Counted from the first letter of the stretch, positions 25,061 to 38,479 are shown. The stretch: 64,000 nucleotides of DNA from Anthoceros angustus (GCA_010909165.1 VJWM01000011.1:1488001-1552000); one strand, 5' to 3'. Notes: generated by a model from the sequence alone, not told the origin. Made by a program: numbers and translations.

Positions 25061-26987
25061 TGGATGATGGTTTTACAGGAGGAGATAAGTCCCCCTTCAT
25101 ATAGGCCTGATGGCCAGTCTCGACACACAACGATTGCAGATGCTAGGAAAATAGTAGGCTTGTCAAAACGTCGGATCTTGTTCACATAAGTGACTAGCCA
25201 GGATGACACGTCAAGAATAGAGAACAGTTTGAATTCGCAAGAACAAGAGCACTCGAGTAGTGGTTCGCAAGTGGGATAAGTGAAGAAAAATAAGCTTGAA
25301 GTTTCGTGTTTGCAACAGGGACTGTAGTCAAGCAAGGCATGTTAGTCCAAGAGCCACAATGAAAAGCATAAGCTCATGTGTTAGTCATCAGCTTAGCAAG
25401 GACAAGGGACAAGGCACAGTAGTAGATAGAGACAAACTTCACACTTTGCCTGTTAGCCTATGAGAACAATATTGTTGAACAGAGACGGAGACATGGTTGA
25501 GCTCAAGGGCAACATGGCCGTTGCTGTGAGGGATGATTCTTTGCAAGAGCAAGCGGGCTTTATAGTTCCTCAGCCTTCCCAATTTTCAAGACACAATAAA
25601 CTCCTGGTGGCTATACAATCTTCCAAGTCACAGTACACCATTGGACTATACGCATTCGATTGCCTACTCATACTATGGTCTAACTCTTCAAGAGTGTGGC
25701 ACGTGCCTCACAGGCGATTCTTTGAGCACATGTACACCTCAGACGCGCACCCGTTTCTTTCATTGCTGGCAGAATTTACTCACAGCTTTCTCAAGAAGGA
25801 AAGCTTCTTTCATCGCTGTCACTGCAGCTAGATACTTGGCCACCACTAATGGCATAAGTTCCATTGGTAACAAGCCTCCGATGAAGGAGAAGTGAGGGAT
25901 TCCACCAGAGCCAGTGAGGGATTTCCGTGCCTATGAATGAATTAGGTCCCGGTGTTGACAAAATTTGTAGTAGCGCTCCCTTCATGAATTTTAGGACTTT
26001 AAAATGACGAATAAACTAAATTCATCTATGAGATTCTTATCGATTGGACGAACCAAAATAAAATATTCCATCTCATTATGTAAAGTACGCATATTCAGGC
26101 AATCCAAGACTATTACCGAATCAACCTTATGTTGTTCTGGATCGGGAGCTGGTGACACCTAACCTGACCCGGATGTTTGACACGTGTTGTTATGAATAGC
26201 GTACGAAATAAGGTAAAATATGGGTATTTATATGGTATAGGATATCATATGGGGTAGAATAGGGCATAAGGCAAAGAGTGTAGGACCTGCCTCATAGGGG
26301 ATCTTTGGATGTGTAGGAAACGGCACTCATCCGTTTTCTAAGCATTCCTCTCAGGTTTTGTAGTTTGCTGGAGAGATCACCTCTTGTGCCCTTGCTTCTG
26401 TAGTGATACGCTGCCGCCTATGGAATTATCATTGATGCGGTGCGGGGAAAGGGTTTGCAGAGTCCCATCTTTCATTCATGTTGCCAGGGTTAAAGTTACA
26501 TTATGTACGACTTCTCTTCGCTGAGGGGTGGAGGCTCAGTTGGCTAGAGGTAGCTTAAGCTTTCATAGCTGGGAGGAATCTTGAGATCGAGAGTCCGAGC
26601 CTCTTCCACCCCATTTGGTCCAATTGGTACTATATAATATTTTAGGACGATATTCCAGTCACTCCTCATAACCCCCCATGGAAGATGGAAAACGTGAAGT
26701 TGAGCACAACGGTGAAGTCGTCTTTCTCGAAAAACAAACAACAAGTGTGAAGTCTTCGACTTCGGCGACAGAGAATTGGGCCCAACCTTGAGCCAACCTC
26801 AGATTCCCTGTACCCCCAATGATGGCCATCTCTCCCGCCGTGGCGGGGATGTATAATCGTTAGTCATGACCTCGGTATAAAACGGTGGAGCCTGAAGCGA
26901 AGCTGCTGTTTTCGTTGAAGAAAGCGGTAAAGGTGCTGTTTTCGTTGAAGAAAGCGGTAAAGGAAAACTGTAGCTCAGGGCTGCCAT

Positions 26988-27240
26988 TTAGTGCGTTCCA
27001 CACATGGCGTGGCCGATGTGTTGGGAGTCGGGATCGGGACCTTCTGTCAAGGCGTCGTCTATAACCACCACACTTTCCAGTAGGACCTTGTCATTCGAAG
27101 GAAGTGTCTTGGCTGTTTTACCCGTCAATGGCGGTACCACAGAAAAATGCACTCGTGTAGCCATCTTGCAAAACATCATGGAGAAAATAGTTTAGTGTTA
27201 CAAACTTCTCGGACTTGGGAACTGGGCTTGGTATTCTTGG
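26988..27240 (-). pseudogene. Truncated dirigent pseudogene
   Basis: LNYFLHD...VVVIDDALTEGPDPDSQHIGHA, homologous to 15074-15673; frameshifted and 3'-truncated. Confidence 0.75.
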
Positions 27241-27255
27241 ACTCTTACAGATGCT

Positions 27256-28320
27256 TCAGATCCTGACTGGAAAACTATACATCAGTTCGTCCATGTCTGT
27301 CCACCAGGTCTGACCTGATTGCTTCCAAGCACGGATTTCAATTTTGTGCCTGCTCCCACATCTGGGCATTGGTTTATGTCTTTGGCAACAAAAGATAGGC
27401 TGACGCATCAGAGTCTGCCAGATTGCGACATCAGTACAGACACTGACTGCAACCAAGCAAGTGCCTCATCCAGTCGGCCTGCACGGCCCAGGAGATCTAC
27501 CATGCACGTGTAGTGCTCCACTGTGGGGGTGATGCCGTAGTCTTTGATCATGACATGAAAGTATGTAGTGTCTCCCCTCGCTTACTAGCGCCGTATAACT
27601 GTCAGTACGTCTAGCAACGTGTTGCCATCTGGCTATTACCCATCATCTCCCATGCTGAGAAGCAAGGTACAAACATCTTCACTGACTCCTTTTCACCAAG
27701 TCCATGAAACACCCTCTAAGCTGCCTTTAGCATACTCTAAGCAGCCAGACTCGGCATACATGTTCCATACACAACTGCCTATAAAGACATCAGATCGATG
27801 TCCTAGTTTTCTAGTCTGCAAATGAAGCTGCTTCCCCTTCTCTAGAGCTGAGCGCTTCACATGTGCATATGCCTGCAGTAGGCAGACAAATGTCACCTAA
27901 TCCGGTTCTGCACTGCCATCTTCTTGCACAAAACTAAAGAGATAAAGCGATTTTCGGCCCATGCCCTGCTGGGAACACAGAGATATTATGATATTCCATG
28001 TCACCACATCTTTGTTTCCAAGTCTGTGAAGGATTCTTCAGTGTCATCCAAGTTGCCACACTTTGCATATCTGTTTACCAAACAGTTAGCGACGAGAAAA
28101 TCAGCTGTATGTCCTCCTTGTAAAATCTGTGTATGAAGCAGCTTCCCCTTATCCAATGCCGAGGCACCCACTCTTGCACACGCTTGCAGGAGGAACATAA
28201 ACGTCATGCAATTGGGTACCTTCTCCAAGGCTGGCCACACTTGCAATTGAAGCCTTGGAGAAGGGGGTTCAGCTGCAAGTGTGGCCACACTTGCACACGC
28301 TAGTAGGACGCGCACAAATG
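27256..28320 (-). pseudogene. Degenerate PLS/E+ PPR gene (WW-type)
   Basis: [46 protein letters not shown] and KQSGQTWWTDMDELMYSF. Confidence 0.8.
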
Positions 28321-28750
28321 TCCCACAGGTCTGGGCACCGCCATGCCATGAAAGGGACTGAGGTCAGCTCTGGTTCGATGACAGCCACCAGAATTAGCAG
28401 ATACTATCTCGTTGCGGTTAAGGATAGATTCAAAGCACAAAGATAACACATGGAGCGCCAGTCTGCCCGTAGCAGAAGAGAAGTGGAGCAGCGGCAGGCT
28501 ACCGATCAGAACGTGAAGCGGAAGCTACGAGTTGCGGCCGGGCAAGGGCATTCCGTAGGTAGACTGTCTAACAGATCAATCAGACATTTGAGTTTCTCGA
28601 ACTCTAAAAACAAGGACAACAGCACCAGGTCGCTTCTTGAGGCATGATGGTAAGCTTCGGCACCAACAGGCATTAAGCCAGGCACCCCACAATAAGAATA
28701 GACCCACTAGACTAATCCGAGTGCAAAGGTTCCGAAACCTTGACACGCTA

Positions 28751-29933
28751 CTACACAAAGAGATACTTCTGCAACTTCAGGGTTACATACACTAATCCCA
28801 ACAAGACAGGTACCTCAATCAACGGGCCAATGGTTGCAGCCAATGCCTCTTGAGAGTCTATGCCAAAACTGCCCACAGCCACGGCTATGGCAAGCTCGAA
28901 ATTGTTGCTGGATGCAGTGAACGACTGAGTAACAGCCTCTGCATAAGGGATGCCCAGACGACGACACAGCCACACAGATGAGAAGAAAACGATTGTGAAG
29001 TACAGAAGCATAGGGACCGCCACTCTTGCCACGTCCCCGATGTGGTCGACAATCTGATGAGCTTGGATGGAGAACATCACAAAATAGTGTACAGCAGGCC
29101 AATAAGAGCCCAGGGCGCTATGAAAGGTATGAACTTGGTGTCGTACCACTTTCTACCCACGGTGTAACGTAGGGAGTACCTTGTGATGAATCCAGCAGCC
29201 AGAGGAACTCCGAGAAAAAGCAGCACACTTCTGGCGATATCCCAGGCCCCTACATCAATGCCCTTGCCCCTGGAAACCACTTTAAGATAGAAGAGAGAAA
29301 GTGGAGTATACAACACCATCTGCATCACAGAATTGATGGCCACCAGTACTGCACACAGCTGTCCATCTCCCTTGGCCAGATCATTCCATATGAGCACCAT
29401 GGCGATGCATCTGGCAATGCCCACCAGAATAACCCCTGCCCTGTAGTGCTCAAGATCCGGAAGTGTAGCCCAAGCAAGGCCTGTCATGAGTGCAGGGCCC
29501 ACAAGCCAATTCAGAATGAGGCTCAACACCACATTTCGCGCCAGTCCTCCAGTCTTGATTGTTTTATAAAGAACTTCATACCGAACTTTGCAGAGAACTG
29601 GATACATCATGACCCACAGTCCTACGGCAATAGGCAGAGAAACAGATGCCAGTTTCACAACCTCCAGTCTCTTCTTGATTCCTTTCACATAGTAACCAAT
29701 AACGAGTGCCAATGCCATGTCCACAAGTATCCAGACGAACAGGTAGCGATCTAGCAAAGACAACTTCTTGAACAGGCCTACATCTGCGATAAGTATTCAT
29801 GCCGAGTAGGTCAGTCACACTCTAGGAACTCTTCAGAAGACAAAGAAAGCCAATCTTTCACGAACTGAAATGCTGTACCGGCGGAGTCGTCAGCTCCAGG
29901 CTTCATCACAGCCTCACACACAAGCTCCTCCAT
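28751..29933 (-). CDS. ACR3: ACR3 arsenite/antimonite efflux transporter, copy 1. Two exons (29933-29879 and 29783-28751); one 1-bp frameshift at ~29080, probably a sequencing error
   Basis: MEELVCEAVMKPGADDSA|DVGLFKKLSLLDRYLFVW...SLPIAVGLWVMMYPVLCKV...NWLVGP...GIARCIAMV...SNNFELAIAVA...GPLIEVP; 95-bp GT-AG intron at 29784-29878. Confidence 0.93.
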
Positions 29934-30560
29934 GTGGTAGCAATATTGACACACTCGTCTGCCGATCAAACGCCTGGCAACATGCACTTTAGAGTAATTA
30001 CCAAAACAGCAGAGACACTCTCAATTTCTCACAGCACAAACATGAAACTTGCCACCAGCAAGCCTTCACGAGAGGTGGAGCTCACTTCTCTGCTGGTGCA
30101 ACAATAAACCCCGGCGCAATTTTCGTCCGGCTGCGCAGCAACATCGGCTAATGCTGAACCATTTGCCACAAATCTGCAGCGCAAACCCCGTCCGCGCTCT
30201 GAATATTGAAGGAGGTCTGCTGCGCACCAACCGGGCGGCAAAGAACCTCCACTTCATCCCTTTCAAAGGGAACTTCCAGGGCCATGACTCGGCACCGGAA
30301 TGTCACCTAGCGCGCTCCTCACGCCAAGGACGAATGCCGTCTCCTGATGAAGCACCCCGACAGAGATGCAAATGGCGCCAGCCGCAAAATCGCCACAAGT
30401 GAGAAGCAAAATGCTCTCCACGCGAATACACAGCACTGCAGCCAAATCGGATCTGCTTTCGGGCTAACAAAACGATAGATGCACTGACTCCAAGGCCTTG
30501 ACAAACATGAAAGATGGTACACCACGAACACCAATGTGCTGCTTCCCTCGCCCGCTCATA
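29934..30560 (-). promoter_or_regulatory. ACR3 upstream region, duplicated at ~50230-50885
   Basis: Colinear similarity, e.g. ACAAATCTGCAGCGCAAACCCCGTCCGCGCT occurs in both copies; promoter function is inferred from position only. Confidence 0.45.
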
Positions 30561-31556
30561 CGATGCATTCCTGCAGAATACACTTCCCAGTTTGTGGCCG
30601 ACGGACAACCACCTGCCGTCAGCACAGATCATCAACTCGGTGGAGAGCAACAACGGGTTGAGCTTCCCACCGGCGTCACAGCCAGGGGCCAAGGCCAGCT
30701 CGGCAGCAACGATCTTGGGAGAGCCTGCTAAAGGCGGGCCGGACCCACATTATACTGTACACCGTGGCAGATCGAACACGAGAAGCCGGTTCCTGGGTAT
30801 ATCGGAAGCCGGGAGCCGGTAGCACCCTCTCTCTACAAGCATGAAACCCCGTACGGCCTCATTTCGGCTCATTTTTTTTGGGTCGCGCGGAGCGGCTGGC
30901 TCCGCAATGGGCGGTGTTTCCCCGCTTTTGTTTTGCATTTGAGTTTTGTATTTAGGGTTCTTAGTTAGGGTTTCTGGTATTTCTAATTATTTTTTCTTTT
31001 CTGCTGTTTCGTTAATCATTATTCAAGACTGTAATGTCCTAATTAGGTATATTTTTAATTAGTGACATTTTTTTCCCCAACAGTTTTCAGGGCTCTGACG
31101 TTGTTATGGTTTTTGACCGTTTTATGTTGCCCCTGTGCATTATTGCTCGATCAATTAGCTTGTTTTTGGTCGCATGGGTAATTTTCAGGTGGGCGGCATG
31201 TTCCCTCTTCTATTTCGCATTTTGTATTCAGTTGCTTTTTTCTAATAATTTTATGGATTTTAACACTGTTATGGCTTCTAACAATTTTATGTTTCTTATC
31301 AAAATTACTTTGTTTATCACCATATTTTAGTGATGTTGTATGTCACAGCAGTGACCAGGCAGCAGCAACACAAGCCCGGATATTAGACTCGCAACCCTAG
31401 CCTGAACAGGTATCGATATATTTGGCATATATTTCATTCATATAATTAAAAACTAGAACTGATACATGTAATTCAAGTAATTAGTTGAATAGCCTATGTA
31501 ACTTTCTTGACCTGCACCACCATAGATGTACAAGACTTGTTGTGAGGGTAATAGGA

Positions 31557-31660
31557 CAACCATTCTTGGAGGCTCAAGTTAGATATGAGGGTAACCATTC
31601 TTGGAGGCTCAAGTTAGATATGAGCATAACCATTCTTGGAGGCTCAAGTCAACTATGAGG
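31557..31660. repeat. Tandem repeat, ~35 bp x3
   Basis: AACCATTCTTGGAGGCTCAAGTTAGATATGAG unit. Confidence 0.85.
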
Positions 31661-32868
31661 GTAGCTATTTCAGCTCCTAACATTGTCGTTTGATGGTCGT
31701 CTAACATAATATGGTATTTTTTTATCATAGTTTTCCTTTTCCTACCGAAGTTTGGTTCTGTTGCTTTTTTATGGATTTTAACATTGTAATGAGGAAGAAG
31801 AAGAAGAATTTTATTTAAGTCCACTAAGGACGGATTTCCGTCACGGGACTGAAATATGACAACTACATCGATTGCGGTAAAATGGTGTGGACGAATGCAA
31901 AGGTAAAATTCAAACAACACAAATAATCTTCAATCAATCAATAGTGTCAATGAAAATGCATGAACGACGGCTAAACACCGCCAATTCTTCCCCATGAACG
32001 AGGGCTAAACACCACCAATTCTTTCCCATGAATGAAAGAAAGTCACTTTGACCTACAGCACGAGCAGCAATAAGGGGTATTTCTTGTCATCATGACTTTG
32101 TTCACTACCCATAGTTCATTCATATTCCTATATAATAGTCCGCTAATCATTTAATAGTATTTTACCATAATATTTTACATATTTATAGTAAATTAATCAT
32201 GTTGCAATATAATTGTCATTTGCTGTACTTCTCTTTGTAGTAAGACATGAACATCACCTCAAACTTACGGTCATTGTTTACAATATCCCTCCATGTCCTA
32301 CATCCTGTTCCATTTCAGCAATCTTGGCTGCCATCCCTAAATTCCATGTCTACAATATTATTATAAAATAGTAAAATAAAAATGAATAATAATTCAAATA
32401 AAATAATAATATATAAAGTATAAAATCAAACTTAAGTTAAACTTAATCAGAGCAATTGAGCGAGCGGAAGGACAAGTATAGCCGGGAGGGCGGGAGGACT
32501 TGGGCTGGGTTCGCATGAACCCGAACCCGACATGAAATACATGACGTGGAGAAAAGGACAAGATCAAGCCACACTAAATACAATAAAGTAACTGGTTCCG
32601 AGTCGAGATGTTTCCTGGGTCCGTTTTAAGATACCTGAGAAATCCTTCGGGTCAGATGAAACCGGGTTACCGGAACGGCAAAAAATCCCGTGCACGGCAT
32701 CTGTAAGAAATATCGGGTCGGGTCTTTATGGAACCTACATTGAACTCAAGAACCCCATTACTTCTAGTTTTCTAGGGTACAAGTGTGGCGTTTCGGAGTG
32801 CGCAGATGCTTGGCGGCGGTGCCGTTTTGTTGTGTTGTGCAACCTAGATCTCATACCCAGAACGAATC

Positions 32869-34262
32869 ATGTGGCCTCTATCTTTGCAGGCAGTACCAGG
32901 AGAATCGCAACGCTCTCCTCTAGTTGTCCATAGAGGAAATCATGACCTTGGTCTGCAACGGATGCCTAACACAACAGGTGCAAGTGTGAATAATCAGCAA
33001 AACATTCTTGCCACTCATTTTCAATGGCCGGATGCACAACCTACATGGCAAGTGGACTCCCCTTGGCCGGTGTCCCAAGTTCCTTGCAGTATCACTACTG
33101 CAAACGACTCTGTGCATGCAGAAGAAAACAGTGGCAAAAGGAAGAAAGGAGCAAGAAAGTTCGACAAGGCCACTGGCCCTCCTAAGGAGCCAGTGGCAAA
33201 CAAGAGATGGGAGGAAGCTGACCTTCTTACGTTGATTGCAGCAAGAAAAGAAGACATGGTCAAACATAGAGAAGGAGGTACCAAGGAGCGAATGATGACA
33301 GGTAAAGCTCGTTGGGCTGCAATATCAGTTGCATGTGCAGCTTTAGGGATCTTTAAGACTAACAAACAGTGTAAGAACCGCTGGCCAGAAGCTTTGATGA
33401 CAGACTTCAACAAGGTGCAAGACTGGGAGAGGCCTGGCAGTCATTCGGGAAGGTCAAGCTATTGGGCTATGGAGAAGGGGGAGCGAGAGGCACAGAAACT
33501 CCCCAAAGCTATGAGTAGAACACCTTTATGCTACTTGCTGCAACAAAGCGATGAATAGCAGGCTAATGCGGCGCAAACAAGGCAAGCGGATGCTAACAGT
33601 ACCAGCATGGGCGGCGGAGGAAGGCGACCTTCTTACGTTGATTGCAGCAAGAAAAGAAGACATGGTCAAACATAGAGAAGGAGGTACCAAGGAGCGAATG
33701 ATGAGAGGTGAAGCTGGGCTGCAATATCGATTGCATGTGTGCGACTTTAGGGATCTTCAAGACTAACAAGCGATTGAAGAACGCTGGCGAAGCTTTGATG
33801 AGACTTCAACAAGGTGCAAGGCTGGGAGAGGCTTGGCGGTCATTCGGGAAGGTCAAGCTATTGGGCTATGGAGAAGGCGAGAGGCGAAACTCCCCAAAGC
33901 TATGAGTAGAACATGCGATGCTATGCGACCTGGCGCAACAAAGCGATGACCGTGGATAGCGGCAACAAAACAAGGCAAGCGGATGCTAACGGTACCAGCA
34001 TGGGCGGCGGAGAGGAAGGCACCCCATGCAAGCAAACAAAGGAACTGGGAGTGGCAAGCGGAGGAAACTAAAAGCACAGAATGGAGTAAGCGGCCTTGTA
34101 CCTTTATTTGAGAAGAACCATGCAGAACAGATGGATTTACTAAGAGCTGATGAGGAGTCCAAACAGGCTAGGCATCAACAAATCTTAGAACTAGAGCGAG
34201 AGAAGATAGCAACGCATGTTGCTACAAAACAAAAAGATAGACTCAGATTGGCATGTTGTTAG
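32869..34262 (+). pseudogene. Harbinger Myb/SANT (trihelix-like) DNA-binding protein with an internal ~400-bp tandem duplication
   Basis: KRWEEADLLTLIAARK...RWAAIS...KTNKQCKNRW..LMTDFNKVQDWE...SYWAMEKGER...KLP; segment 33215-33615 is repeated at 33620-34010; C-terminal coiled coil. Confidence 0.8.
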
Positions 34263-34449
34263 CAATGAGCTTCGATAGATTCGGAATTTAGGAGCTTCTC
34301 TAATAGAAGCTGCCCAAATTAAAATGGCAATACAAAATAAGTGGATGTGTGGCTTCGCTCTTCTTCCTTCATGATTTGGAAGCTTTATTAAGTGCTCTTG
34401 TCCATACACATTCTGGCTGTAGTCTTCTTTGTATGTTTGTAATGTAGTC

Positions 34450-35745
34450 TTATTCTTCTTCGTCTGGGTCTATTGGATTATGTACCGTTCTTGGTACTTC
34501 ATTCTCAATGTCCTCTGTACGTAATAAACTTGGGTCCAATTCATCTCCTCGATCAATTCTAATATTGTGCAATATTGCACATGCATAAGAAACCTCAATG
34601 AAGTCGCTGATGTTCCCACGCCAAATTTTTCTTCCCAATATTCGCCATACTTTATCAATGCTCCAAAAGCAGTTTCAACAACCATTCTTGTGGATGAATG
34701 CTTGTAATTAAAGGACTCCATATTACGCAATAGACCTCTTCCTGGGAAAGGAATAATAAGCCAAGGTAATAAAGGATAACCTGCATCACCTATTATGTAT
34801 TCTCTTATGGCTTGTTCTTCAACCATGACAACCTCGCCATTTAGTCTTCTACCTGCATTTGCCAGATAATAAAATTCACTATTACATAAAATACGCATGT
34901 CATTAGCCCTGCCACCGTGACAATGTCCAAGAATTTCTCAGCCCTACAATTGCTTGCATTACCATAGTATAGTCTTTGTACCGTCCACGATATTCCCATG
35001 AGTTTTCGCCCATGGCAAGCTCCATCTTGAAGTGAGTTGCATCTACGGCCCCACAACAATTGATAAAACCTTGTTTATCCTTAAACCCATCCTTCACCGC
35101 TCTTAGTTCTTCTCCTTCAGGCCACCGTAGATGATGTGTAGCTCGTTGAATGAAGGCCACAATAAACCTACGAGTCACTTCACATGCGGTGCTTCAACCA
35201 ACACCAAACGTTTCACCAATTGACAAAAAAGAGTCACCTGTTGCAAGCCTTCTCAGAGCAATAACCACTTGTTTATGAACTGGGATATTTCTTACAGGCA
35301 CAATGTTAAAGCCTGGCACATTTATAAATTGCAAGTCTTGCCAAACTAAACTACAAATATATTCAAAAGTTGAACATGAGAATCTCAAGAAGCTAGAAAA
35401 TCTCCGCCATCTTCCCTTGCCACCATGCTATATAAAGGCCACATATCGTGATACGAGGTTTGATGTAATACATACCCTTTGTACTCCATGAAAGAGCCCT
35501 CTTGGCAACTTTTTTGGGTCATCCAGCATCCCAAGTATAGCAATTAACTCATCACATGCACAAACAAGGTCTTCCATCGCATCTTCAAAAGACAATTCTT
35601 CTCCTTGGAATAATGAGGCTTGCATGATGTTAGCATTGTTAGAATAAAAAATATCCAATTGCTCCATAAACTTAAACACATTTTCCATACATTCAATAAA
35701 GAATGAATGATTTATTGAGGTGAAAGAACGATGGAAAGAGACCAT
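34450..35745 (-). pseudogene. PIF/Harbinger transposase (DDE_Tnp_4), frameshifted
   Basis: IALRRLATGDSFLSIGETFGVG, GAVDATH, IIGDAGYPLLPWL, FNYKHSSTRMVVETAFG and ACAILHN. Confidence 0.9.
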
Positions 35746-35749
35746 CTAG

Positions 35750-37770
35750 GAGGGGACAACAAATGGGGACCCGGGGGTCGGAGTGAAGAGGAGCAACTGA
35801 GCTCCCTACCTAAAGTGACCAATCGCACCCACAATGTCATATGCGTAGAATAAACGGCCCGCAAACCACGGAGGAAGAGGAAAAGGCATCACCCACCGCC
35901 GCCGCCTTTATGGAGAATCGCCGCTGAGAGCGCCTGCTGAAGAGCAATAGAAACCCGCCAAGTATGCCGTGAAGTACGAGAGGGACAAGACTATGCTCGC
36001 CAAGATGGTAAGCTTTGGCACAAGACTTGATGAATTTGTCAAAGTCCTCACCATTGCCCCATACGCTTTAGAGCAAGCGGATAAAGAGGTGGCCCGCTTG
36101 CATCCCGCTATACTTGCGGACCTTGAGAGTCACGACGCAGCACCACCGGGCTGGTGATGACTGGCGGAGGTGGCGCCACGCAGGTCAAGAACCACTACAT
36201 CCGCCACCACAACCGGTCGCCACGGACAAGGTATAAGTCCGCCCGATTGAACGACCAGAAGAAGAGTATACTCCCGCCTCCGTGCCATATAGCCACTTTC
36301 GCGAGCAATGGCAAACATGACGCCACGGATGGCGCCGTGAGTGGCAATGCGGCGACTCTGGGGACAACGAGCAAGGTGGACACCAGAGACGTCAAGAGCA
36401 GAGCCGCACTCACAAGTGAGGAGCGAAGAAGCCACAGGCTGGAGTAGGCCGAGACGGAATCGCATCGCAGTAGTGAAGGTGGTTGGTGCGATGTGAAATC
36501 CCCGTATGCATGGGCGGGCCAGTAGCCAAGCACCTGCTCCCTTCCCAGAACAAGAGCGGAGCCGCGCTCTAGTGGACCTGGAGATGGAGGGGTCCTGGAG
36601 GACAGACTGAAAAGCCTGGCCGAGCTGCTTCTCGAGCAGAGATGCCTGCAATCCCCTAAAGCCATCAGTGATAAATGTAGAGAAAGGAGGGAAGTCCTTC
36701 CGAGCATCTGCTGATAACATGTCTCTGGCCTGTCTCAAGGACGATTGGAGAGAGAAGGTTCCCTCCTCCACACTTGATACGAGATCCTCGAGAAAGGGCT
36801 TGTCATGGAGGATGAAAATTTCGATCTATGATGTGCTTGTGACCATTATTGGATGTGATCCCCTTCAATTTGGCATTGCCACTCCGGGGGGCTGCGAGTC
36901 TGTGGTGCTAGGGGTGAAAGCTTTCCTTGATGCCCACCCGGAGTGGGTAGTCTTACAGGTGGATGTCGAGAACGCCTTCAATACCATTTCCCGGAGCGTC
37001 ATCTTTGAGGAGCTTAGGGATGTCAAGGCCCTGGGAGTCTTATACCTTTGTCCGGTGCTTCTACGGAGGTCCTCCAACTCTACTACCAAAGACAAGAACG
37101 TCTCTTCAGTTTCACTGCTCCGCCTTGAATCGCCATGTGTACCGTGTAAGGCGATCCGCTAGGCGGTGCTCTTTGCTATTGCTCACTATAGGCCTCGCCT
37201 AGGGCCGCCTCCGCTGCGGATCGTGTCTCCTTCACGGGCACGATTCTCACATCCTCGGCCTGGGACAAAGTCAAGGAGGCCTTTGAGATATTCTCTTCGA
37301 GCTACAGGGCTTGAAGGTCAAGATGTCCAAGTGCAGCGTCGGTCCCGTCGGGGATCCCGCCATTCTCAGCTTCGCCGGGAGATTGCTCCGCCTTGGTCTC
37401 ATGGATTCTTGGGGTCCCCTTGGTTCCTGACTTCATTGGGAGCTTCTGGACAAGGCCCTTGCAGGACCTCCCATATTGAGGACCTCCTTTGCCGGAGGAT
37501 GCCTGTGTGGCCTTTGGAATCCTTTCCTTCTGTTTGCTAGGCGCCTGGTACCTCATCCAGACGCCGCCTCCATCTCCGGTCCTTTGTCCTGCCCGGGTTT
37601 GATACTAAGATTATGGATACTCTTGGGGACATCCTGGCCTGGGGGCTTTTGAGTGCCTGGGACGACTGCCCGCTGGCAAGCATCCCTGCCTGTGCAATTT
37701 GGAGGCGTAGGACTGCTCTCATCGGAGGTCTCTTCCCCGGCGGCTTTCTTGGGGAGTTGGGCCCTCTCTA
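35750..37770 (-). mobile_element. 5'-truncated, 5'-inverted non-LTR retrotransposon with a restriction-like endonuclease (CRE/NeSL-like)
   Basis: Minus strand 35750-36840: GAGAWL, RFRLG, CECG...HLARC, THGAIR, RADL, VADV (CCHC plus REL). Plus strand 36840-37770: RT PLQFGIATPGGCE...QVDVENAFNTISR...GDPL...AAFLGSWA. Confidence 0.85.
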
Positions 37771-38479
37771 CTTGACGTAACCATAATTATAATTATTATA
37801 ATAATAGAAACCAAACCACCTCAAGTTCTTGGCACCATCTACAAAGCGCCGCTCCCCTACAGAACTTGAACTCCCAAGCGCTGCTCCCAACAGAACTTGA
37901 ACCCCTATCCTTGCAAAAGCCCAAATGCGCCCTGCAGGTCGTGGAGTTACTTAAAGTAGGTAGGGTCCGTGGAGCTTCAACGGACAATCAAAACAACCGT
38001 ATCTCAACCGTTACATGAGGTAAAAGTGAGGAAATCCGGGTTGTAGTTCGTGGCACATGCAAACGCGAACGCCGCAACTCCGCTCAGATTAGGCTCGGGT
38101 TCGGGTTCATGCAACCCACCCTTGGGGTATAGAAGAAAGCATGAGCCGTGTCGAGAGAAGGTACACCGGAGGACCCGGTTCACATCCGCCACGGCAATTG
38201 AGTAATGATTGTTAGGGTCCGGCCCGCCCATGTAGACGGGGGCGGATGTCGATCCGAGATGCGCTTGGAGGTCCATGTTGGGATGGGAGATGAGATACCT
38301 AGTCTACTTTATTTGTGCATTTCAAGACCAGGGGCTATTTGGGACAACAATGGCAAGTCGCAATAAGTTTATCCAAGGTTGGAAGTGGCACCAAACCAAC
38401 CAACCATATGAACTCGGAGTTTGATTTCTTCTCAAACCAAAATTTCATAGCCGAGGAGTTATTGTTACCAGGCCCAGAT

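Larger units (their letters stand above)
30720..38245. mobile_element. PIF/Harbinger-like DNA transposon (boundaries tentative)
   Basis: Convergent Myb/SANT ORF and DDE_Tnp_4 transposase. Inverted repeats GGCGGGCCGGACCC (30733 / 38215-38228) and GGGTT(C)GCATGAACCCGAACCCGA (32507 / 38096-38119). Confidence 0.6.

Noticed and set aside
30029-30822. Short ORFs upstream of ACR3 as a possible arsR regulator
   Set aside because: No ArsR/SmtB HTH or ELCVC-type motif, and the frames are not conserved in the duplicate at 50.3-50.8 kb.
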